This document shows, piece after piece, positions 56,120 to 64,000 of a DNA stretch of 64,000 bases. The DNA is from a virus (Duplodnaviria > Caudoviricetes): IMG/VR virus record IMGVR_UViG_3300033120_000864, positions 32,001 to 96,000 of that record. One strand, given 5' to 3'. Under the pieces are notes generated by a model. The model did not search any database. It saw only the letters and a list, made by a program, of their open reading frames with translations, and was not told the DNA's origin. The position numbers and the translations under genes are program-made. Positions within the stretch are counted from its first letter, which is position 1. The number at the start of each line of letters is the position of its first letter.

Positions 56120-59100
56120 TTATGTCTTTGAAAGTGTGTTATTTGAAAAATTAAATTTAAGTATATATTTGTGTAAGGAATCAGATGTATTCATAAGTCT
56201 TACTTGGTTATAATCATTTCTAAGTTGTTTAGTTAAAAAATACTGAGTATAATTAACTGCATTATTGTTAGGAACTTTATAAGGATTATTACAAGTATAT
56301 ACCATTAGAGGATTTCCTGATTCTTTTGCTACATCTATAATACTATTGAATCTCCAGTTGTTTTCAATATTTGTTACAAGTATATTAGTTGAATATCCAT
56401 TAACAGCAGGATAATTTTCCATTTGTGATAAATCATTCTTATCTGTTGGAGTTAAATTAAGAATACCTGTGGTTTGATATTGATTATATACTAAAGCTTT
56501 ATCAATAGTTTTATTTTGAACAGCATAGTAATTTAAAGAATCTTGATACCTTAAAACTTCACATTGATATTCTATATAATCTAAAGTACTATTAATTAGT
56601 TTATCTTGAGTAGCATATTCCACAATCCAAGGATATAAGTCTCCATAAAATACCTGATAAGACTTATTTGTTTGTAAGTGATTCCATATTCCTAAATGTT
56701 TATCTTTAGTTGAATAGTTAACACCTGATTGGAAATATGTATTATGAGATATATAATAGTTTGGTTCAAAATCATAAAAACTTATCCATTCACCAAAAGC
56801 AGGATTGTAAGCAATAGTCCAAGATTTATCACAAAAATATCTAGTATCAGATAAATCTATAAGACCTGATACTTCACCTGTATTATTTAAGAAAAATTGA
56901 CCATTTACATAATCAACAAGTCCTTTATATTTTGGAAGAAGTCTATAATCCTTTTTAGTTATAATATATCTATCTAACTTATTATCCCATACAGTTGTTA
57001 TACCAATTCCTTTAAAATTATTATCTATATCTACATTAGGGAAATCTTTAATTATATTAAAAGGAAGATTTTCTCTAAACCAAGATTTAACTTTTGTTTT
57101 TTCTCTACCTCTTGTAATATCTAATAATTGATTACCGCCTAATTGGAATACTGAAGGATTCTCTGTGTTTATATAGAAGTGACCAAATGGTGTACTTTCA
57201 AAAGATTGATGAGTAGATCCACCAAAACCTAAATCAGATTTGTAATATTCTAATGGTTTTGTTGCAAACATATTACCAACTGTTACTTGTTGTTGTTCTA
57301 AAGAAGTTTCAATTGTTATAAAAGCATTAAACACTTTAGTGCTATTTGTTTGTCTAGCTACAACTTTATCTTGTTCTATACCATTTAAAGCTATCAATGC
57401 TCCATCTTCTAAAGGAAAATCATAATAGTCATTAGCAGAGAAGTTTAACCAGTTTGGTACACCTTTCTGAGAATATACTGCTCTATTAGGATGTTGATTC
57501 CAAATATAAGAAAGAGAATCTTTATAATCATTTCTTAATGTATAATAAGAATTCTCAGTGTTTTGTTTTGAGTAGTCTATATTATAGAAGAAATAGTTAT
57601 CATAAGAAATAGGTATTTTGTACTGTTGAGTCCAATCTACAATATCTCCTACATTAGGATAGAAGTTCTTTTCTTCATAGTTTTCACCATGTCTTAAATT
57701 AGAGTTATATTCACTTTCGCATATAAAATATGGGATACCATAAAAATATAATGGAAAGTATCCTCTTTGAAAGAATACAGTGTCATTTTGATTTATAGGT
57801 ACAAATACTGGAGGTGTAAAATTAAAGAAAGCTTGAGCACCTGTAGGATCTACTGGAACACTATCAAGATAATATGTAGGAAATCCAACATTACCTAATA
57901 AAGAGTATTGAACATCTGTATTAGGCTGATAGTTAACTCTATCTTCAATAAACATAGGCATCTTTTTCTTAAGAGCCACTTTACTCAAATAAGTATCACC
58001 ACCAAAAATTGTTTCACAATCATTTCTCTGGTCTTCATCTTTCCAATCTATAACACCACAAAAGCCTGTATCAAGCCACTCTATTTGATCTATAGTACCA
58101 TATTGATCAGGAACATAATTATACAAAGCTCCATAATATGAACCTATATTACTATATATTCCAGCATTTTGCTGATCAGGTGCCAAAGATTTAATATTAT
58201 TATAAGGAATAGTTTTACTATTATCACCTGAAAGTGGAACAGATAAAGATCCATTATTAATTATATAATCAATTGGTTGAAAAGCTTTATTAGGCAATAG
58301 ATTTCCTGTTGGGTTATAAGCATTAAGAGATACAAATACAGAACTCTCTCTTAAGAAGTTATTAATTCTTAAGCTAGTATTGTTATCTAATATTTGTATA
58401 TTACCTGGATTTAAATACAAGGCATTATCCAGCATACTTATCTTCTTATAATTTCCATTTGGAATACTCATAAATCCATTATAATTACCCACTGAAGTGT
58501 AATATATAGCAGGATTTCTTGGAGTACCAATAGACTTAAATAATTCTACATAATTAGCAGTATATTTACCTTGATTTACAACAAATCCAAAAGCTAAGTT
58601 AATAGCAAACTCAATAAAGAATCCTACTAATGGAGCTGAAGTACCAAAAATTGTAATTGGTGCAGCAGCAGATGCATATTGAGCAGCTTCTAATATGATC
58701 TGTAAAGCAGCTAGAGCCTCTGCAAAAGCATAAGCACCACTGGTTAATAGAATATAAGGAGCATGCTTTTTAAGCTCTGTAAACTCACCTCTGGACACAC
58801 CATAATGGATACCATCAAGTTTAAGTGATGAACCTAAATATGGTTTATTATAGCTTGTATCAGGAGAATGAAATGTATATCTAGCATTTTTATATCCTTG
58901 ATTATTATAAGGATGTAAAATATTAGGTCCATTTTTCTTTTGTCTAAGCCATGGATCAGAATTTAAATCATTAAAATTATAAGAAGGATACCATATAGAC
59001 TCATAACTTTGACTTCCAACATCATTTTTTATAGGATCACCATGAGAATTTAATGCTGTACTTTGAAACAAGTCATAAAGAAGTCCTTTAGCAACAATAG

Positions 59101-62095
59101 ATTTATCATTTCTTCTATTACCTCTTTTGATACCATATCCAACAATATTTTGTTTTTCTGCATCAGTTATAAGTCCTTGTGCAACTGCAGCATTTAATAT
59201 TCTTTTTACATCTCTAATATCAAGTTTTATACCAATAGGGTAAACTTTATTTTTAAAGCTATATTGAGAAGGAAGTGCTGAACTAAGTCTATCATTAGGA
59301 TCATATATTTTGTTCATATATGGAGATACCACATTATCTGGAAACTTATAATGTCTTATTTGTTTACCACAAAGTTCTCCCCATATGTCAGGATTATTTG
59401 GATATCTTTCACTAGATTCCCAATATGCAAAATCTCCATACTTATATGTTTGTATTAAACATCCACTATCTACAGGAACTTTTACAGGAGTTGTTGTTAA
59501 ACTCTTATAAGTACATTCAAATTCATATTCTCCTGGAATATCTTTAGTGATAGATCCAATAGGACTAGGAGTAGTTACACACACTGTTGCAAAAGACCAA
59601 TGAGCATCACCAGGATTATTCAATTGATACATTGTCAAAAGTGTAGGGTCTGGTGTAAATAATCTAAAGTAGTATGTACTACCAACTGTAAGACCAATAT
59701 CACCATTAGCTATGTCTCCTGCTAACATATATAAACCTGAGTTTACATCTCCAGGAGCTGTACATTTAATAGGAGAGGAACTAGTTAAACAATTTTCAAA
59801 TAACTCCATTGATATTTTAGCAGATGGAAATGGTCCTGCAGCTTCAAAACCATTAAATCCAATTCTAATAGCATGAGTTGTAGAAGTAGCAATAAATGAA
59901 TACCATACTTGATTATCTGTATAACAGTTTGCAAATCCTTGACAAGATTGACAAGTTCCTGTTGGAACATATAATTGAGTAGGTGTTACTACTCTTGCTA
60001 AGTAAGCATAATCATTAGGTTGATGTGTTGCATAGTTTACAGCACACGCACCTGTAGTAGAAGCACCAATTTGTATAGCACTTCCACAGTCTTTATTTGT
60101 AGGAATAAAATCATTTGTATCTGTACAACCAGCAGTACCAGGTGGACATACACTAGTTACACTATCACCAAATGGACCAGGTTGTCCTGATGGATTTGGA
60201 TAATAAGGCATTGGTACAGGTATACTCTGAGTATATGTATTTACAACAGCATTTAACTTAGGTTCTTGTAAAGTTATAAAGTGATAATTATCAGCTATTG
60301 TTTCATATCCAGCTGGTACATCACATGCACAACTAGTAAATGGTGTACCATCCTCATTAAAAAAGTCTGTGTGAGAATTAGGAGCTGTAGGTGGTTGATT
60401 TGGAAAATTATCTGGTATATAATATACCACTGCACCAGAAGGTTCATCTACTTTAAAATAAACATATCCTGATACATATCCATTTACATCTCCAGATGGA
60501 GCATTAGTATATAATGGACTAGTACATGTAAAATAAGTAAATAGATCAATAGTTTGTGATCCACCAGCTATATAATTACAATCAGCTATTCCTTGTTCTT
60601 GTGCAGTATTATATACTTCCCACAGTTGATTTATTGTTGTTCCACTACATCCTGTAGACTTAATTTCATTACCATCTGTAATAGTAGTATATACATCTAA
60701 TGGAGCTGTACCACCATTTGTGATGACATCTTCCATTTGATAATTTATAGAGTAATATGCATCATCATTATTAGATAATAAGAAATCTGCTGTGTTATAT
60801 CCTCCTTTTAACTTAAAATAAATAGAAAAAGGATATACTTCATCTCTTAAATAAGAAGTGTAATTAGCAGAATTAATTCCATTTGCATAGAAATTTTCAT
60901 CTACCTCAATACTTTGCCATTTAAGTTTTAAGTTATTTACTACAGGTTGTAGATTGAGTTGTCTTTGTTCTTCAAGTCCATAAAAGAATAAAAAGTCATT
61001 TGCTTTAGTTATACCTTTAGCTTTATTATATAAAGGTCTTCTTCTTAAGATATCATCAATATTGAGTCTAGCTTCATCATCATAAGCATTTCCAGAATAA
61101 GTGCTAACATAAGTATCACTATTAATAAAGAAAGTTCCTATAAGGAATGGTGAAGTAGTGTTATTCACTGTAATTAATACAGCAATATTTATATAGTTAT
61201 ATAACTTACTATCAAGATTAGATACCTTATATTTTATAGCATTACCTGTTACGTAGTCTGTATTAGTAGTGATTACATGCATCAAGTCTGATATAGACAC
61301 AGGATTACTAATGATGGAATAGTCAGAGAGAACTACTCCAATATCATTAGCATAAGCTACAGCAAATTGATATGTACCAGCTTTTAAACTACCTCCTAAC
61401 ACTATATCAGTAGAAGTAACACAAGGTGGTCCATATGGTTCATTTACCATTATTTTATTGCAATCAAGCTCTTCTGTAAAGATTGGAGTATTGCAATTAT
61501 TCTTATCCACTATATAAGGTATATAAGGAATATTATTAGTGTTAATATACCTAAGTGGATTTAAATTATCTGTGAAGTAAATAGTGAATGCACTATTATC
61601 TGCAAGATTGTTATTTGGATCAAATCCAATACTATATTGAGCTCTTATAGGATTATCTATACTAAAGTTTAAACATTTAGCATTTATAATTGTAACATAG
61701 TTACACAGAGGATATTGTACAGATATTTCCAATGGGTCTGATTCTACTAAAGCATTATTACATTCAGCACAATACACCATACTATCTGACTCATCATCAA
61801 AATAAGTATTTTTAATATATCCTATTTCAGAATCTCCTGTTGTAGGATTTACTAAAAAGAATATAGTTCTATTCTGAGGAGCTACAGGAAGCACACCAAT
61901 AACTTTATATCCCTCTTTAAAAGTGGAACATAATAGATTACTTGGCTCATTAGTGACTTTAGCTACAGATCCATCTGCTGACTGGACATTACCATTCACC
62001 ATTAGAGAAAACTCTTGAGGTTGTAGTTCACTAGGATGAGTATCTATGTTCATCCCTGTTTTTAAAGAATTGACGTAAGTTTCCTGACTAGCCAT
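56120..62095 (-). CDS. Tail muzzle/stabilization protein (crAss-like) with inserted domains
   Basis: GMNID...NEPSN start, G.YQFAVAY, SYLRDEVY.F, IRHYKFPD, FGGDTY, SWTIAY...WISFYDF.P. Confidence 0.75.
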   Translation of the reverse strand: MASQETYVNSLKTGMNIDTHPSELQPQEFSLMVNGNVQSADGSVAKVTNEPSNLLCSTFKEGYKVIGVLPVAPQNRTIFFLVNPTTGDSEIGYIKNTYFDDESDSMVYCAECNNALVESDPLEISVQYPLCNYVTIINAKCLNFSIDNPIRAQYSIGFDPNNNLADNSAFTIYFTDNLNPLRYINTNNIPYIPYIVDKNNCNTPIFTEELDCNKIMVNEPYGPPCVTSTDIVLGGSLKAGTYQFAVAYANDIGVVLSDYSIISNPVSISDLMHVITTNTDYVTGNAIKYKVSNLDSKLYNYINIAVLITVNNTTSPFLIGTFFINSDTYVSTYSGNAYDDEARLNIDDILRRRPLYNKAKGITKANDFLFFYGLEEQRQLNLQPVVNNLKLKWQSIEVDENFYANGINSANYTSYLRDEVYPFSIYFKLKGGYNTADFLLSNNDDAYYSINYQMEDVITNGGTAPLDVYTTITDGNEIKSTGCSGTTINQLWEVYNTAQEQGIADCNYIAGGSQTIDLFTYFTCTSPLYTNAPSGDVNGYVSGYVYFKVDEPSGAVVYYIPDNFPNQPPTAPNSHTDFFNEDGTPFTSCACDVPAGYETIADNYHFITLQEPKLNAVVNTYTQSIPVPMPYYPNPSGQPGPFGDSVTSVCPPGTAGCTDTNDFIPTNKDCGSAIQIGASTTGACAVNYATHQPNDYAYLARVVTPTQLYVPTGTCQSCQGFANCYTDNQVWYSFIATSTTHAIRIGFNGFEAAGPFPSAKISMELFENCLTSSSPIKCTAPGDVNSGLYMLAGDIANGDIGLTVGSTYYFRLFTPDPTLLTMYQLNNPGDAHWSFATVCVTTPSPIGSITKDIPGEYEFECTYKSLTTTPVKVPVDSGCLIQTYKYGDFAYWESSERYPNNPDIWGELCGKQIRHYKFPDNVVSPYMNKIYDPNDRLSSALPSQYSFKNKVYPIGIKLDIRDVKRILNAAVAQGLITDAEKQNIVGYGIKRGNRRNDKSIVAKGLLYDLFQSTALNSHGDPIKNDVGSQSYESIWYPSYNFNDLNSDPWLRQKKNGPNILHPYNNQGYKNARYTFHSPDTSYNKPYLGSSLKLDGIHYGVSRGEFTELKKHAPYILLTSGAYAFAEALAALQIILEAAQYASAAAPITIFGTSAPLVGFFIEFAINLAFGFVVNQGKYTANYVELFKSIGTPRNPAIYYTSVGNYNGFMSIPNGNYKKISMLDNALYLNPGNIQILDNNTSLRINNFLRESSVFVSLNAYNPTGNLLPNKAFQPIDYIINNGSLSVPLSGDNSKTIPYNNIKSLAPDQQNAGIYSNIGSYYGALYNYVPDQYGTIDQIEWLDTGFCGVIDWKDEDQRNDCETIFGGDTYLSKVALKKKMPMFIEDRVNYQPNTDVQYSLLGNVGFPTYYLDSVPVDPTGAQAFFNFTPPVFVPINQNDTVFFQRGYFPLYFYGIPYFICESEYNSNLRHGENYEEKNFYPNVGDIVDWTQQYKIPISYDNYFFYNIDYSKQNTENSYYTLRNDYKDSLSYIWNQHPNRAVYSQKGVPNWLNFSANDYYDFPLEDGALIALNGIEQDKVVARQTNSTKVFNAFITIETSLEQQQVTVGNMFATKPLEYYKSDLGFGGSTHQSFESTPFGHFYINTENPSVFQLGGNQLLDITRGREKTKVKSWFRENLPFNIIKDFPNVDIDNNFKGIGITTVWDNKLDRYIITKKDYRLLPKYKGLVDYVNGQFFLNNTGEVSGLIDLSDTRYFCDKSWTIAYNPAFGEWISFYDFEPNYYISHNTYFQSGVNYSTKDKHLGIWNHLQTNKSYQVFYGDLYPWIVEYATQDKLINSTLDYIEYQCEVLRYQDSLNYYAVQNKTIDKALVYNQYQTTGILNLTPTDKNDLSQMENYPAVNGYSTNILVTNIENNWRFNSIIDVAKESGNPLMVYTCNNPYKVPNNNAVNYTQYFLTKQLRNDYNQVRLMNTSDSLHKYILKFNFSNNTLSKT

Positions 62096-62100
62096 TTATA

Positions 62101-63030
62101 TTAATTATGTATTGTATTTATGATTTCAAATGATTTATACTTTTTCCTACTTCTTTCTGCATTTTCTACCATTTTAGCATAAGAAGGAAGTACTGAAAGA
62201 TAATGAGCTTCTGCCATAGATTCTCTTGATTTCTCAGCCCAGTATTTAATCTTATTCTCTACATTAACATCTTGTGAATCTGTCCAAATAGACTCAAAGA
62301 AAAAGAATGTTAAATAGTCTTGTAAAGCTTTCTCTAAAATTGGGTGATCTGGTGTAAGAGGAAGTTTTGTTTCTGGATCTATTGGACTAGCATAGTATTT
62401 AACGTATATAAGAGGATTTTTTAAATTAGAAAACAAATAGAATGTAGATCCTTGTTTTCTTATACTAATATCATCATGTCCACCTCCTCTATAATTTTTG
62501 CAATGTTTACTGCAATATTGATATGTAACTTTATTTCCAAGTCTGAGAAGATGAGGAGAGAAATGATATTCTCTATTCCAATTTTCCCAAGAGTTACCCA
62601 TTATATATTCTTTAATAGTGACTTTATTGATAATGTCTCCTTGTGTACATCCATTAATATATATACCATTAGTAAGTCCTTGACATGGTTGATTTATAGT
62701 TTCACATTCTCTGTGATTGTAAATTACAGCTTTAGATTGAAATTCTTTCCATGGAAACTCACACCCTTCTTCTATATTTCTATGGTTGTGGTGACAAAGC
62801 CATGCTGAGTCTAATAAGTAAAAATCACAAGGAAGTTCTCCCTTATGATCCTTAAGTACTACTAGAGCATCTTTTTCTTCATAAACTGCCAGATTCATTT
62901 GGCTATTAAACCAATTTATTTGGTCATAGAATTTACCTGTATCTAAAAGACCATTAGCCATATATCCTGCTAATCTATCTTCTAAAACAGAAATAAGTCT
63001 GTCACATGGAATAAGGTTAAAATCTGCCAT
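62101..63030 (-). CDS. Tail ring/tubular protein
   Basis: ELPCDF, Y..P.D.....P..PD....KAL..Y; between IHF-like and muzzle genes. Confidence 0.6.
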   Translation of the reverse strand: MADFNLIPCDRLISVLEDRLAGYMANGLLDTGKFYDQINWFNSQMNLAVYEEKDALVVLKDHKGELPCDFYLLDSAWLCHHNHRNIEEGCEFPWKEFQSKAVIYNHRECETINQPCQGLTNGIYINGCTQGDIINKVTIKEYIMGNSWENWNREYHFSPHLLRLGNKVTYQYCSKHCKNYRGGGHDDISIRKQGSTFYLFSNLKNPLIYVKYYASPIDPETKLPLTPDHPILEKALQDYLTFFFFESIWTDSQDVNVENKIKYWAEKSRESMAEAHYLSVLPSYAKMVENAERSRKKYKSFEIINTIHN

Positions 63031-63590
63031 TATATTTCTGGATTTACTTTGCTACTATAAAAATCTTCAAAGGTAAAACTATCATATTGTTTACCTCTTT
63101 TCACTTGTTCTACTAATTTATTCTTAAGGCTCTTAGCCACTTCAAATCTATATACATCTGCCTTCTTAGAGCTACAATTCTTTCTATTAAACCACATTAT
63201 CCTATAATAATTCATATAGTGATTTAAATTCAAATAACGTGCTTGTCTTTCATATTTAGTTAAGATTCTCTTTTTAAGAAACTCTGGAAGACTTGAGGCT
63301 TTAATTTTTTCTATTATATCTTCTTTATCTGGATTTAAAGCTAAAGGAAGATATTTACTAACTGAAAGATATCCCATGTTCTTATACATCTTAAATCCAT
63401 CAGCATTATCTATCATCCAATTACCTATTTCAAGGTTGGACATTTTAATTACTTTATATATATCTTGATTAGAAAGTTGTCTTTTAGTTAGGTTTAACTT
63501 AGCTCTTATCTTCTTGCATAAGTCATTACTAAAAACATTTGTTTTATTTCCAAATCTTAATACACCTTTTTTAGTGACTATTTTTTGCAT
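63030..63590 (-). CDS. IHF/HU-like basic protein of the crAss structural module
   Basis: Basic; GFKM...MGYLSV and W...YRF pattern; synteny with ring genes. Confidence 0.5.
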   Translation of the reverse strand: MQKIVTKKGVLRFGNKTNVFSNDLCKKIRAKLNLTKRQLSNQDIYKVIKMSNLEIGNWMIDNADGFKMYKNMGYLSVSKYLPLALNPDKEDIIEKIKASSLPEFLKKRILTKYERQARYLNLNHYMNYYRIMWFNRKNCSSKKADVYRFEVAKSLKNKLVEQVKRGKQYDSFTFEDFYSSKVNPEI

Positions 63591-63999
63591 TATCTGTTCC
63601 TCGTTGTTTTTCTAAACCATCAATATTTGGAAATTGATCTGGTTGTATTTGCAGATATACTTCTCTAAGTTGTTTTATAATCTCTTGTTTTACAGAGTTA
63701 TATAGATAATCAGGACAGACAAACTCAAAGTCTAATGGAGAAGGAATACATTCTGGTATATCACAATCTTCACAATTATTAAGAGTAACTTGAGCTACTT
63801 CCCAAGGCTTTTTGAAATAAGCATTTATTCTAATAACTTCTACGTTAGAATCAGGGATATAAATATATCCATTTATAAAGAAATAATACTTCTTTCTATA
63901 GTCTACAAACTGTCTATTCATGATAGCAGTGTATTGTCTAGCAGAAATAGGATCATAAAACTGTCCCATATTCACTGAAGCAACATGTTGTATTAGATT
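63571..63999 (-). CDS. Tail ring protein, 5'-truncated by the window edge
   Basis: Frame open to the window end; YFFINGYIYIP...PLD.EF.CPDYL. Confidence 0.55.
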   Translation of the reverse strand, partial: NLIQHVASVNMGQFYDPISARQYTAIMNRQFVDYRKKYYFFINGYIYIPDSNVEVIRINAYFKKPWEVAQVTLNNCEDCDIPECIPSPLDFEFVCPDYLYNSVKQEIIKQLREVYLQIQPDQFPNIDGLEKQRGTDNAKNSH

Positions 64000-64000
64000 T

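Noticed and set aside
5630-63978. Short alternate-frame and antisense ORFs in the track (e.g. 5745-6044, 7681-7971, 11846-12136, 25154-25477, 39629-39865, 47918-48262, 62452-62808)
   Set aside because: Nested in well-supported genes, opposite to block orientation or without motifs; shadow ORFs
1-64000. tRNA genes, CRISPR arrays, DGR or invertible repeats
   Set aside because: Intergenic gaps are tiny; no cloverleaf, spaced repeats, reverse transcriptase or recombinase seen by eye (tRNAscan not run)

Overview
AT-rich (~30% GC by eye) segment of a large lytic Bacteroidota phage, most consistent with a crAss-like virus (Crassvirales). Two convergent gene blocks meet at a hairpin terminator near 32350. 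The + strand block (1-32332) covers replication and metabolism: SSB-like protein, primase, UDG-fold protein, PD-(D/E)XK nuclease, class II RNR, two MazG-like proteins, dATP/dGTP diphosphohydrolase-HAD fusion, ThyX, GroES and two glycosyltransferases. It also holds a ~9 kb amide/peptide-ligase locus (GNAT-like proteins, GGCT, ATP-grasp, class I and II glutamine amidotransferases, amidoligase), an RNA-repair cluster whose PNK gene has an in-frame TAA, and three free-standing homing endonucleases, each with its own TTTG-N20-TAnnTTT(G/A) promoter. The - strand block (32411-64000) is the virion module: ring, IHF-like and muzzle proteins, GH108 endolysin, ferritin-like protein, a GG-motif cargo protein and three giant ejected proteins including a 3870-aa DFDID virion RNA polymerase. 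The best candidate for an undescribed system is the amide-ligase locus, which includes a UDG lacking its catalytic Asp (GQTPY) and an Ntn amidotransferase with a propeptide. All calls come from motif recognition by eye; no searches were run.
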